A stretch of 64,000 bases of DNA from contig OZ024745.1 in assembly GCA_964016885.1 (NCBI GenBank), positions 109,864,001 to 109,928,000 on the forward strand, written 5' to 3'. The first letter of the stretch is position 1; every line of letters begins with the position of its first letter. The notes beneath the pieces are model-generated. The model saw only the letters and a program-made list of their open reading frames with translations. It ran no database searches and had not been told where the DNA came from. Below are positions 1-13,532 of the stretch, piece by piece. Made by a program: the position numbers and the translations under genes. This DNA is from Eledone cirrhosa. Its lineage: Eukaryota.

Positions 1-128
1 AATACATGGAACTCCTTTAACCATCTTTTGATCTTATATTATGCATACTCCAGTCCTACAAACTGTAGAGTGCTTCTTATCCGATATCTGCATTGCTTTA
101 TTGTACTACAATAAAACTCACCTCCTAC

Positions 129-171
<43 letters not shown>

Positions 172-189
172 ATATATATATATATATAC

Positions 190-412
190 GTAAATAAATA
201 TAAATCAGGATGGATTCATTTTCAAACTGGTTGGACCATTAGTCACCAGAGTACTTGATACTTGCGGCAGTAAATATGGTTATATTATAAAGAGTCGTGA
301 CCTTGATGGCTGAGCTGTTGCTGCCTCAACAACTAGTTCCAGACAGTCTGGAACAAGCTGTTGAAAGGGCAAGAGCTCAGCCATTGGGGTTCCAACTCTT
401 TATAATATTATA
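190..412. mobile_element. Diverged copy of TA-embedded fold-back family HH-B
   Basis: GGACCAT..ACCAGAGTACTTGATACT..GACCTTGATGGCTGAGC resembles the 39697 and 58229 copies. 283-410 is a ~60-bp-arm hairpin whose right arm reads GAAA-GGGC..GCC-ATT-GGGGT, a decayed HHR 3' half. Confidence 0.55.
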
Positions 413-557
413 CATATATGTATATATATATGTAGGAGGTGAGTTTTATTGTAGTACAATAAAGCAATGCAGATATCGGATAAGAAGCACTCTACAGTTT
501 GTAGGACTGGAGTATACATAATATAAGATCAAAAGATGGTTAAAGGAGTTCCATATA

Positions 558-624
558 TTTTATTATGCGCATTTCAAAAACAAACATCATCATGCAATAA
601 TATTTGTGTTTTCATCAGATAAAA
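558..624 (-). ncRNA. Minimal type I hammerhead ribozyme (family HH-A)
   Basis: Minus strand: TTTTAT-CTGATGA-AAACACAAATATT..GATGTTTGTTTTT-GAAA-TGCGCA-TA-ATAAAA. Exact core, 6-bp stem I, long stem II, palindromic stem III, AUA cleavage triplet. Confidence 0.85.
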
Positions 625-1984
625 CAGGAGAACATGATATGAAGGCTAAAAAACACTTGTGGATAGTGCAGTTTTAAATCTACATATATGTATATATATA
701 TATATGTGTGTCATGATCATCATCATCATCATCATCACCGTTTTACGTCCGTTCTTCCATGCTAGCATGGGTTAGACGTGTGTGTGTCTGGCAATGTGAA
801 TACATGCATATTTGTCTACGTTCTATACAGTCTTAGGAAATACTGTGGTCAGTTAACTGCTCAACCCCAAAAAAAGCATGGCTTTCTGCCAAAATTAAGA
901 ATAATTATTACCATAAGTGGTCATCATGGTCATCATTGTCATCGTCATCATCACAAGCTGCTCCATCACATTAACCCTTAATAAGATATAGATTTCTTTT
1001 TTTTTTTTTTTACACCCAGAGATATTTATTTATGAATCAGCTTGTAGGTAGAATCCATGAAATGGGACAGAATCCATTGTTATTACTCTTACGAATGATT
1101 TAAAACACTTTTTGGTTTTAGTAGCATAATAATATCAGAATTTTATGAGTAAAGTTTGGTCTCTGAGACTAGGGTTTGCATATTTTTGCATTCGATTAGG
1201 ACAGAGGCAGGAAAAAATGCTCTATAGAAATACTTCAAGAAAAATAAGTAGGTGAGGATGCGAACATATCAAGTTCATAATACAATAACAAACAAATCAT
1301 CTAAGCTTTGGCAACATAGGAGAAGATGGATATAAAAACCATATATAATAACATCAGCCATGAATGAAGATGACTATGAACAAAATGATCCATATTTTTC
1401 CTCATGTAATAAGGAATGGACTGCTTGGGCCATTAGTATTGAGAAGTGTAGCAAAGTGACAATGGTGGTATCTAGTTTCTGTAATGTATTTTAACAGATT
1501 AAAGATTAGATTCTAGAGTTCAGGATAATTTGATAGGCATCGAGGGTTCTTTGGATATTAATAATATCACCGTATTACCATTAACATCCATTATCATCGT
1601 TATCATGATCATCATTATTATTATTATTATTAGTATTATTATCAAAATAAAGATACAAATTACGAAAATAGAGCTATAAGAAATAATAGAAGAAAATACG
1701 AGCAAAACAGTGTTTTATAATCCAGCGACTTGGTTTGCAAAAGACATTAAGATGTCTGGGGAAAAAATCACAGATATCAATTCTGACTGAACGAAGAAAT
1801 AACTGGACAAGACAAAGAAGACAGGCAAACTGTCCATATAATTAATAACCTACAGATTCATTGGAGGAAAGATCATCACATGGGAATGATATAGGGAGTA
1901 TTGACTTGCAGTATTAGGAACAGAAATACAACGTGAATGGAGCAAGATTTCTATCATACTGCAATATGTTCATCATGTCCACTC

Positions 1985-2480
<496 letters not shown>

Positions 2481-2775
2481 CTCACACACATATACACTTA
2501 GAGATATTTATAGATGCATGTATACATAACACATGGGCACAAATAAATAAATAAATACACACACAAATATATGTTTGTATATATGTCAAATCTAACGATT
2601 TCAAAATCATAATACAGCAATATTTAGATGACTCACTGGAACCATTTGTTTGTGTGTTGTGTGTTTTATGGAGATGCTTTTTCACTGTTGCTTTATTTGT
2701 GTTTTTGATAGAGGTGAATATTATTATTTGAAATTTGATGATTTGGCCAGTTACCAAATTATTGATAGAGTTTAC

Positions 2776-2820
2776 CTCCTCCCATTCCTTGACCAGTATT
2801 GTCACCTCCACCGTCACTAC
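2776..2820 (-). CDS. Candidate 45-bp exon (GSDGGGDNTGQGMGG)
   Basis: aatttatAG|GTAGTGAC...GGAGGAG|GTaaac; symmetric phase 1-1; GC-rich Gly-rich frame in an AT-rich background. Protein not recognised. Confidence 0.35.
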
Positions 2821-3281
2821 CTATAAATTTTACTTCAAATTTCAGGTTAATTCCATTTAATGACATTCATCCTCTATCACATACATACATATATTTCTAC
2901 ATAGACACATTAATAGTTATACAAGTTCACATAGACACATGCACACACATCATACCACATTCTCACTTTTACACAGACCTCAATATGTATATAAAGTCAC
3001 ATAGACCAACACTGGATTATCAATTAAACAAAATATGCACGTGCTTAAGGTCTCAATTAATGTGAGGCTCCATATAGTTTTCTTTTTTCCCCCAGAGATA
3101 GATGTAAAATGGGAAATAGTGCAATGCTACAGATGGACGAGGGCCCATAAATAAAAGGCCTCACAAATTTTTCAGTTCTTAGGGCCTATAAAGGAATTAA
3201 TCTTAAGCTTTGAAATAATATTTTCACACAAAATCATTTACTTGCAATATAATAGTTTTGTTTTTTAGCCACAGGTCAGCT

Positions 3282-3522
3282 TTAACCTTTTAGCATTTAA
3301 ACTGGCCATATCTGGCATATCTGGCCAAAATTCTCTCACATCTTTCTGTTCAAACCAGCCATAACTGACTGCTCATACTTATGTTAAGGTATTGTTCTCA
3401 AAATAAATAATATCAAAATCTCATAGATTTGATATTATGTGAGATAATTATGTGAAATAAAGTGTTTACCTTTAAAATAAAATAGTATATATTATAGAGT
3501 AATATAAATGCTAAAGGGTTAA
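3282..3522. mobile_element. piggyBac-type MITE (TTAA target, CCCTTTAGCATT TIR)
   Basis: TTAACCTTTTAGCATTTA ... TAAATGCTAAAGGGTTAA; five further copies in the window. Confidence 0.8.
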
Positions 3523-3769
3523 TCAAGCAGACTCATGATCAAAAGCTTTTCAGCCATGACCACCCTGTCTTTTTAATGTATAGTGTATCCAAGACTATAT
3601 TATCTTGGATAGATATGTTTCCTATTTTTATAACCACAGGGTGTAATTTGAGTAATTAAATTTCTAAGTAATTTAACTGCCCGATATTCAAACAATTATT
3701 TTCAAAGATTAGAACCATTTTCTCTGATCTCTGTATATATTTTTAAAATGTTAACTCTAAATGATCCAG

Positions 3770-3915
3770 ACAGGAAATTTCATTTAGAATTGAGAGAACA
3801 AATAAAAAAAATAAATAGAAAAGAGAAAAACAATTCCACTGGAAGTATTAGTGTTATAATTATTAAGCCAAAGGAAGAAATACCTGGATATTCTGAAGAG
3901 AAAGACAGGGTGTGG
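3770..3915 (+). CDS. Candidate exon (DRKFHLELREQIKKINRKEKNNSTGSISVIIIKPKEEIPGYSEEKDRVW)
   Basis: ccAG acceptor (weak pyrimidine tract), TGG|GTAAGA donor, open protein-like frame; phase-compatible with 5202-5244. Confidence 0.3.
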
Positions 3916-3968
3916 GTAAGAATTATGTAAACAAAAGATACACATACACACACACATATATATATATA

Positions 3969-4022
<54 letters not shown>

Positions 4023-4530
4023 ATGTCTGTATGCGTAAAAACAAATACAAATATAGAGAAATACTTACCTAAAATTTTTTTTTGTTTAAATAAAAGTAAT
4101 TTAAAAAAAAAAAATTCTGGGACTTCCGAACAATTAATAATTTCCTGGCAGTGGAATATTTCTGGTGATGCAAAATAACATCTTTTAAACAAAGTTTGTT
4201 TTTCTCTTCAACATTTAAAAATGCGAAGACTTTGTACATGCATGCTTTTATTTGTTTATTTTATGCGCATATATTATGATTTTTTTTTTTTTAAATCCAA
4301 TGATGGAACTTTGCTTCATTGGGGTAAGCACTATTTTTGAATTTGGCTCAAATACTCAAACTTTTGTGTAAATTACATTAAAATAACTAACAAGGAACCA
4401 TATGCATTTTGGATTTTGTTTACTTTATAATTAACAATTTTACCATGCCTTATATACATTCATATATATATACATATATATACATATATATATATATATA
4501 CATATACAGTATATATACATATATATATAC

Positions 4531-4571
<41 letters not shown>

Positions 4572-5201
4572 CACATGCATACACACACGCACATACACAC
4601 ACACAAGAATAATCAAGTCAGCTGGAGTTCTCTTTTAATGTGTTCACTTAGCCATGAGTTTGGCAAAACTTATTTCAGAAAGGAAATCACAATTTACTGT
4701 GTGAATTATAGAAGGGAGACCTATTATTTTGGTTTTATTTTATATTGCAAATTACTACATTGCAGAGTTCCTTCTCTTTGGTGTCATAATTAGCAAATTT
4801 AGATCAATTTTGCCTTTTAAAACAAAGACCATAATTGCTTAATCAATGTTCTTTACTTTTAGTTTATTCTGAAAACTGGGATTCAATGGATCTGCATTAT
4901 AGCCTCAAATTCATCACAAGAACTCTGAACAAATTAATCCAACAGTCCATTACTACTCTTCTCTTTACTTTTAACCCTTTCATAACTATATTTCTACTGA
5001 AATATACTATATTTCAATTAACTAAATAATTTGGAAAAATTAAAATAAATTATTAATTAATTATTGATGGTATTTCTAAAATAAAAAAAAACGTTTTTAC
5101 ATCAAATTATGTTGGAATATTTTAATTTGAATAGGACAGTTTAAAATGGAGACAGATTTGGGGCAAGTTACTATAAAAGGGGCTAATATATTTTTATACA
5201 G

Positions 5202-5244
5202 TATTCATTATCAATCCATATGCATCATGTGTCTTTACTTGACG
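5202..5244 (+). CDS. Candidate exon (YSLSIHMHHVSLLD)
   Basis: tttttatacAG acceptor, G|GTAATG donor. Confidence 0.2.
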
Positions 5245-5864
5245 GTAATGGAAATAAGAAATGTTCTTGATTAAACGTTTGAAAAGATGAAGAATAATGA
5301 CTGTGAAGTTAAGATTAAGATACTAGTAAATTAACCCCAGTCATGGGTTTAAATGTAAATTTTGTCAATGCCAAGCACTTAATTCTACTTACTCCATTCA
5401 ACGTGCTTCACTACATGAAATACATGTGCTACTCTAAATTCATGACTAGCAATAAGAAGAGTACGAAGCTGTAAGATGGTACTTTAATAAATAAACTACT
5501 ATACTCAGGTAAACATAGAAAAATGGATGTAAAATGGTGGGGATGGTGATCTTTATTTTCAAATTAATATTGATTTATCTTTATTAATCTAATGTTGAAG
5601 TTTGAATCAATATTGATCAATATTTGATATAAAATTAACTAAATTATCAAGCAATCATTTATATTTTTCTTTGAATGGCAATATCTATCACAAATAAGTG
5701 GTTGTGCTGATGCTATGATAAAATGCACCCAGTACACTCTATAAAGTGGATGGCATTAAAAAGTTCAATTCAGTTATAGAAATCATGCCCAAAAGAGAAC
5801 ATATGAGCAAGATGTGATTAGTCTGATTCATCTACGCTCAGACTACAACCCATTCAACCTACTT

Positions 5865-6600
5865 ATTCTGCTTGTCGTATGACATATGCACAATAGTTAG
5901 AGAGGCAGGTCAAGACCAACAAGCCAAACCAAAGCATCATTTGCAGCATTATGGATAGCCTCCAGGTCGCTGGGAAAATGTCTGAGGGAGCAATCCTGAA
6001 CAACATGCAGTCATCTGATTAGGGTCCCCACAGTCACATGCTGAGCTGTCTTTCATTTTCCATCAATGGAGATGATGGGTTGTTCTGGCATGTGTTGTTC
6101 AAATCTAATTAAGGGACACCCATTGCTTTCTGGGAAGGCCAAAGCTGGCTGGTTTAAATGTGGGGTCCTGGATGAGGTCTTCGTTGGTATATGTGGACTC
6201 ATTCCACGACCTTCACCACTCTTCCTTTAGATCCAAGTTATTGTTTTTAAGCATCTTCATTGATTCCCAGAATGGTTTGTGTGATTTCCAGTGCATGATG
6301 GGAAGGTTTTCCAGGTCTTCATGGATGGGAAGGTTGGGCTTGGACTTGCTAAGAAGGGCTGCTTTATGGATCATCTGCTGACATTGCATGTGAGAAGGAG
6401 CTGTATGAGAAAATGAAGGCAACCACTGAGTAAGTGTAGATTTTAGTGTGCCAGATACTATTCTCATTGCCGAGTTGAAGATGGTGTCAACTTGTGAGGC
6501 ATGGCAGCTCCCTACCCAGACTGGTGAACAGTACTTTGCAACTGAGTATGCAAGAGCTTTGCATGACAGTTTGGAGTGTGTGTGCATCACACCCACAGCT
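5865..6600 (-). mobile_element. 3' fragment of an I-group (Vingi/Ingi-like) LINE, decayed
   Basis: ALAYSVAKYCSPVW..HASQVD..AMRIVSGTLKSTLTQWLP, then the zinc-knuckle remnant CDCGDPNQ, WLVGLDLPL* and a CATACGA..AATAA 3' end. Confidence 0.7.
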
Positions 6601-7214
6601 GTTTCCTGTTAAATTGGAGATGATATTAATCCTGGTTATGAGATTTCTGGTTCATATAAGCACAGAAAGTAAACATAAAGGGATGATAATATACTTCTTT
6701 GCAGGAACAAATATTTCCAACAAACAGCTATGCTATATTAGGGAAATGTTTATACATTAGCGTTATATTTCTAAGAAAGTTTTCCTGTGACAGAATTCTA
6801 ACTACAACAGTGATAAGTAGCTAGTATATCATTATTAGATCAGCATAAGCTGACTTATTTGCAAGCAAATTTCTTAATTTGCTTTAAAATACCAAAGCCA
6901 CAGCTGTCTGTTCTAGTAACAATTATTACTTCAGCACATTAAATTTCCTTATAAACACTTCATATTAAGTAGGTGCATAATGAGGTTGAACAACAAGCTC
7001 CTTCGTTTTGATGGTCATATTGAGATCACATACACTACCTTGTATCATAAAATTTGCTTTTAGGCATTGTGCTATTGATTCTTTTCTAGCCCTATTATAA
7101 GAATGGCACAATGGTAAATGTTTCTGAAACTAGCAGAATAGTACTTTTTCTTGTGTACTAAATAAATACTGTTAGGCAAAATTCTTGTCTCTTAAATTCT
7201 AAATTAAGATGAGG

Positions 7215-7505
7215 GTGACGTCTTCTCCCTCTTTCTGTCTCTTTCTCACACAGACACATACTCTCTCTCTAAACAAATGACGTGCCTTTTCTCTTTCTAG
7301 TTATGTACATCTCTTTCACTTGGCACTCACCCTCTCTCTATATAAATGAGGGAAATGTCGGAACTGTCTGTCACCTTGAAAACATGTTCCCTTTTCTCTC
7401 TCTATGTACATATCTCTCACTTGGCACTCCCCCTCTCTATATAAAGTGAGTGTGACAGACAGACGGACAGACGGACAGACAGAGAGTGCTCTTATTATAA
7501 TATAG
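7215..7505. mobile_element. Helentron-associated (DINE-1/HINE-like) non-autonomous element
   Basis: Internal ~110-bp direct repeats, (GACA/GACG)n microsatellite and terminal CTTATTATAATATAG. Confidence 0.45.
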
Positions 7506-7514
7506 TTGAGCTCT

Positions 7515-9300
7515 TCTTCCTGGGCGGGTAAAATTCCCGAGATCCATGGACGAGTTCTCTCCAGCGGTCTCTGTCCCTCGTTATCGCTGCCATGTCCTGC
7601 GTCTCCAACAGACCAGTGTCTGTCCTTAGGGCATCAACATACATCAACCTTGGTCTTCTTCTTCCAGTGTGTCCATGTAGGGGCTCCCACAGGAGCACTG
7701 AGTGCAATGTCAACTCTGGATGTCGGTGAGCATGTCCAGCTAACCTCAGTCTCCTCTGTGTCACTTTTGAGCTGACTTTTGGGAGGCTCCCATACAGCTC
7801 TGAGGTTTTCATCCTCATTGTATACTGATTAATGTTCAGAGCCATCCTCAGCATTCTCATGTAGCACCCTTCCACCATCTGAGTGAGTTTCTTGGTCAGT
7901 GTCCAAGTCTCAGACCCGTACAGCAGCACAGACTCCACTACAGCAATGAAGAGGCGACGAAGGTCAGACTTCCACACCGATCTCAAGCTGTGGCACGCCA
8001 CCCAGGCTTTGCTCTTCCTCTCAACTACATCATCTTCCGTATTCCCAATCTTTGCTCCCAAATACAGGAAGTCCTCAACCAATTCTAGCAGCTTCCCGCC
8101 TACATTAGTGATCCCCTCTGGCTTCTCAACATTCTCTACCAGATATTTTGTTTTAGTCTCATTCATTCTCAGCCCCACACTCATCGACACAGTCTCAACC
8201 TCCTGCATCAAATCCTCTGCCTTCTTCACTGTATTTGTCACCAAAACTATTTCATCGGCAAATTCAGCATCCGATATCTTTTTCACCTTAACTCTCCTGC
8301 TCTGACCCGGTGCCACAGTAAAGCCAGAGTCCTGGTGTTTCTCCAGTGCAAGGCGCATACAATAGTCCACTACGATGATAAAAAGGTGTGGAGGTGATGA
8401 GGGAAGAACTCTGTATCGCTTACACTGAAGCCAGAGAGGAGGCACTGATAGAGAAGATCAGAAGTGTGGAGAGAGCGGTTGACAGGTCTGGATGTAAGGA
8501 GAGCTGGATGATCATCAATGAGGTCACAGGGAGGAAGAGAAGGTATTCGAGTCAGATCCAGGGAACAGGGCCTGAGGATAGGAAAAGGCTAGACGATTTT
8601 AGGACCCTACTAGGAGAGCCGCCCTCCACAGCCCAGAGCGCTGGGGAGATCAGGCAGCTGTTTGAAGAACTTGATATTGAGACAGAGCCCTTCACCAGAG
8701 AGGAGCTTCAGAGAGCCAAGAAGAAGATCGAGGAGGGCAAGGCTCATGGAGAAGATGGAGTGGCATCAGAGGTGATGAAGAGGTGTGATTTTGATGATAT
8801 CATCCTGGGGTTCTGTAACCAGGCAATGGAGAGAGGATTGCCCCGAATCAGTGGAGGATCAGTAACATCGTCACAGTGCCAAAGAAGGGAGATCTCTCTA
8901 ACACCAACAACTACATGGGGATCTCACTGACGTCACTTGTGGCAAAGACCCTCAACAGGATGATTCTTAACAGGATCCAGCCTGAGATGGAGAAGAAGCT
9001 CAGGTACAACCAGAACGGCTTCAGAGAGGGAAGATCAACCACCAGTCACATCCCGATGCTGAGGAAGATATTAGAGGGAGCTAGAGCAAAGTGCCTTCCT
9101 GCGGTCCTGGTTTTCATTGACTTTAGGAAGGCCTTTGATTCTGTGGACCGTCACTGCCTGATGAAGATCTTACAGGCTTATGGAATCCCCAAGAAAATAG
9201 TGGACCTGATATCACTGCTCTACACCAACACCAAAGCCCAAGTCATTACACCTGATGGGATGGCAGAGTTCTTTGAGATACTGGCTGGAGTGCTCCAGGG
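7515..9300 (-). mobile_element. RTE-clade LINE, 5'-truncated with 5' inversion
   Basis: Minus 8390-7515 encodes PHLFIIVVD..FADE..FLYLG..VLLYGSETW..RLRLAGH. Plus 8390-9300 encodes the upstream RT (frameshifted) PKKGDL..NYMGISL..NQNGFR..FIDFRKAFDSV..GVLQG. Candidate TSD AGTT(G/T)AGCTCT at 7504-7514 and 9301-9311. Confidence 0.92.
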
Positions 9301-9480
9301 AGTTTAGCTCTAACTTATATATTTCTGTTTACTGAGTTGTTATTCTATGTTTTCGTCGTTTTTGTTTAGACCGATATACTCTATATTGCATGACATTTTA
9401 ACAAATATATGTGAACACTTTAGAAGAACCAAAATAATTAATTATTTCTTAATTCTGTTATCAGAATGTTCAAGGTGTTA

Positions 9481-9511
<31 letters not shown>

Positions 9512-9892
9512 ACAAGCAGATGCATTTATTTTATTTTACTTCTTTCTTTAAATTGTTTTTTTTAAACCTCAAATCAACCCAATCCAGAGATCTATCATCA
9601 AAAGTATTTCTAACTGCAGCTGTCCCATAATTATTATTTTTTGTGGGAGCTGGACAGTACATCTAGGGCTACATTAGTCCATATATTCTTTCTTAAAGAT
9701 GGTAATGTGTGATTTTGAGGGAAATTTGGTTGTTCACAGGTCAACAGGCCACAGATCCTCTTTATTAGAATATATTTGCTAAGTAAATACTTTTAATAAT
9801 TTTGTGACCAGATTTTTACTTGTATGTATACATAAGAGAGTTTTAAATTAAACTATTCTTGTACAAAAATGGCAGGCATTAAAATACCTTAC

Positions 9893-9965
9893 TTGAAAGG
9901 CTTTGGTGGAACATATTCTGACTTTGGTCTGCTGGTAGATATCAATATGACAAATCTTAGAATAA
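9893..9965 (-). CDS. Candidate 73-bp exon
   Basis: cttaatttcAG acceptor, CAA|GTAAGG donor; two open frames (ILRFVILISTSRPKSEYVPPKPF or YSKICHIDIYQQTKVRICSTKAFQ). Confidence 0.35.
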
Positions 9966-12169
9966 CTGAAATTAAGTAGAATATTAATTGAACAATGACC
10001 AATTAATGAACAATTGTTAACTTTGTTATTCATTCTGCTTAATATGATTTAATAATGTTATTGATTGTTTTAAAGATCAATAAAATAAGTTGAGATACAC
10101 CATAAGTCATGTGAAATCACCATCATCATCATCATTATTATTTAATGTCTGTTGTCTTTGCTAGCAAGAGTTGGTTGGGTCATTACAGATCAAGTCAATA
10201 CTGAAGCAAGATTATTGACCACACAGACAGACCAAGGATCTGCATTGTACATTACCATATTTTACCAAATGGTGAGTCATCTTTGGTGCCTGCATTACAC
10301 CTGCATTCATTCCTACATTCTGCTGAATGCTTTTTATTGGGACACCAGCAGTAGCAAGGTTATCATGCTTTTGACATAGCTGAAGAGTATTCCTGACATT
10401 TTGGTTTTCTACAGCTGCATACTCTTTTTTATCACCAACCACTATACAGAGTGTACTGGGTGCATTTATCATGTAGATCCCCAACAGTAAGGAGGTTATT
10501 ATAGTTGAAAATTCCTCCCAACATAAGCTTCTACAGTTGGATAATATCCAAGAACATATCTGTTACATGGTTCCCCACACTTTACTTTTACTCCACCAAT
10601 GCCCTTTTGGATAGCAAATATTAAGATGCTCTATATAATTACAGAAAACATTTAAAAAAAATCTATTAATTCAAATTCTTGTAGTATCTCTACTAGTGAA
10701 CAAGCCGTAAAAATTTGTAGTAAACTAAAATAAAGACTAGTTTTTAATGTGATACATTCATTGTGTTGTTGTGTACTTTCAAGAATCTCTTGCTAATGCA
10801 GTTTCATGTGGTACAGAATGTGGAGGGTCAAAGAAAGGAGAAAATAGTAATAACAGGATCTTAAGAATTAACCCTTTCATTGGTGTATTTCCAATGAAAT
10901 ACATTGTTTACTAATAAATTAATAAAGAATTTGGGAAGAATTTATCAAAATTACAATCTCATGAAGATGGTATCTGTAACATAACAAAATGTTCTTATAC
11001 AAAATTAAGTAGGAAGCCTTTAAATGAGTGGCTTTGTTTCATAGAAACAGAGGCAGTTTTGAGCTAGTTGGTAACAAAAGTGTTAAATATAAGATTTAAA
11101 AGTATCTCATTGGAATATTGTAGTCACAATAAATTGTATATTTCTTTACACCAAAATTCTCCCTTGTACTTAAACCAATGCTTAAGTAACATTTTAACTT
11201 TATCATTAGGTTGTTACATATGTGAAGTAAAAAATCCAAAAAACTACAGAATATTCATGTTAATTTAGTACTGCTGAAGAATTCGGCTATAATTCCAAAG
11301 AGGAAAAGCAACTATCATTATGGGTTTGGTATGCAAGCAGAATACAGAATGTTATTTATGTAATAAACAATAGTTTTCAATGTCCACCATAAAAGAAATT
11401 GCTACTTCAGGTGGTCCCTATTTGCATTCATGCTTAGAAGTCTTGGCAACATGCCATCTTTGGTAAATTAGTAAGAATTCTAACTGTCAGTATCTAGGTT
11501 GGATTTCAAGCTTTTTACCTCTCCATTTTTGCTTCCAAGGTGTCCTCTAACACTAATGGCATACATGTGTTTCTGAGAATATCCAATATCTTTCACAACA
11601 AAAAGTTTTCATGAGCAATTACTTGAAGCTTTGTATCTTCAAAAAATTCTTAGAATTAAAATCATCATCATCGTGGTTGTTGTTGTTGTTGTTGTTGTTG
11701 TTTACTTCAAAAGCTGTCTCACTTTGCTCTGTAGAGTTTGAAAGAATTATTTGCCTGTTTACGGTTTTGTTGTATATGTGTGTCGTATAATTTGTTTTTG
11801 TGGTGGTCATGAACAGAGAGGACCATTCACTCCAGTTTGTTGGCCTATATGAGGCTGAAAGGATTTTAAAGAGATCCTGTTAAGAAATATTTAAAATGTC
11901 ACAAAATAACATAGTATGATGAAGAAGAGAGCATGATGGGGCAGAGCATACAGAGTGAGATGTTATACTCGTGAGCAACGGTTTCCTTCTTTAGTTCAAA
12001 GAAGAAAGACATTAACAGTAACAGCACAACTATCAGTGCCAGTAGTAGCAACAACAACACAAGCACCTTACCACTGTCACTAGTTTTGATAAGTCAAAAC
12101 CTTAGCAACAAATAGTATGGAAGCTGGAACAAACAAGAAAAATCATTCTATCCTACATTACTATTACTA

Positions 12170-12493
12170 GGTTGGCCCCTAACAGGAACAAAGCTCCAGA
12201 TGGTAATGCTCTCTCAGATGTACAGAACACACAAGCCCCCTCGCCACAACAAGGCCACACCCTTCGATGCATCAGCTGCAGGAAGGGGCCATGTGGCAAG
12301 GCTCACACCTGATGGCTGGATATCATCATGGAAGATCTCCGGAGGCTTGACATCACCTTGGAGGATGCAGAGGAACTGGCATGGGACCGCCAGAAATGAA
12401 GGGCACTGGTGAACCTAATCAGCTCTACACAGGATGATGGTTTGGGATTGCTGGCTTAAGATGACTTCAACCTCATCGAGCAAGAAGAAGAAG
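12170..12493 (+). mobile_element. Short RTE derivative: inverted 5' UTR joined to 3' end, (AAG)n tail
   Basis: 12170-12260 is the antisense of an RTE 5' start (TGTGGCCTTGTTGTGGCGAGGGGGCTTG). 12260-12440 encodes ..WLDIIMEDLRRLDITLEDAEELAWDRQK. TATTACTA occurs on both flanks. Confidence 0.65.
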
Positions 12494-13319
12494 ACTATTA
12501 TTACTACATCCACTTTGAGTTGTAACAGAAGCAGCATAAACAACAACTACAGCAAAAATGCAAAGGCTCATTCCTTTACAAAAGCCAGAAGACTATTTGA
12601 GCAGGATTGTCTAAAAGAGAAACACATAAACACGAGAGAAGTCAACAAGCTTATCTGGATAGCTGATAAACAAAAACAACTAAACAACAATACATAAAGA
12701 AGAAAAGCAACAACAATAAAACATACAGCCATTGCAGAAGCCAAACACAATACTCTTCCCTCGATGCATCTGGAGTAATTAACACAACATAAACTGCAAA
12801 CAACAATGGAGCTATTTGGTGGATTCACTCTAAAAACACTAACATAGATTTCTAGTTTATCAGTGATGGAACTATATCTGTGAAGGTTTATTGTGAAACT
12901 TATTAAGTGCCTGACCATTTTATCATAAAATTTCACTCTAAGTGTTGCTATAAAATCCCTCTAAGTGCAATAACTGTTATATGAAGAGTGCTTAAATATT
13001 TATCAGTTTTATCTATACTGTAATGCTGATCAAAGTTAACATGGTATTGGAGAGGATCATTGTGTTTGTCTTCAGACAAGACCATGTTCCAAATGTACCA
13101 AAGTGCTAAAGTATTAAAGTATGATATGTAAAGTGATACAAAGCAAATAATGGTTATAACAAATTTCAGGATAAATATTAACAAAGAATGAACTCTTTTG
13201 ATACCAAATCACTTGAAACCACCCTTATTTCTATGATCAAAAGCTGTTCATTTTAAACTATTTATATTTACCTAAAAACCTTCCATCAAGATTTCATGGA
13301 AGAACCTTTAAGTTGAGTG

Positions 13320-13532
13320 TAACCCTTTAGCATTTAAACTGGCTGTATCCGGCCATAATTCTCTCACCTCTATCTGTTCAAACTGGTTGTAACTAGCCAC
13401 TCATACTGACATTAAGGTATTGTTCTCAAAATAAATAACATCAAAATCTCATAAATTCGATATGATGTGAGATAATTATGTAATTACCACAAAAATACAA
13501 TAGTATATATAGAGTAAATTCTTAAGGGTTAA
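13320..13532. mobile_element. piggyBac-type MITE copy nested in an older TTAACCCTTTCAT-type MITE
   Basis: TAACCCTTTAGCATT...AAGGGTTAA; body matches 3282-3522. Confidence 0.75.

Larger units (their letters stand above)
1..680 (-). mobile_element. Penelope-like element terminus with inverted partial terminal repeat (1-129 inverted to 431-559)
   Basis: 1-129 is the near-perfect reverse complement of 431-559. The arms flank (TA)n and a nested element, and the right arm runs directly into a hammerhead motif (558-624). Inverted pLTR plus HHR is the established Penelope-like architecture. Confidence 0.65.

Noticed and set aside
8388-8930. Independent 180-aa gene divergent from the RT ORF
   Set aside because: It is the inverted upstream part of the same RTE ORF.
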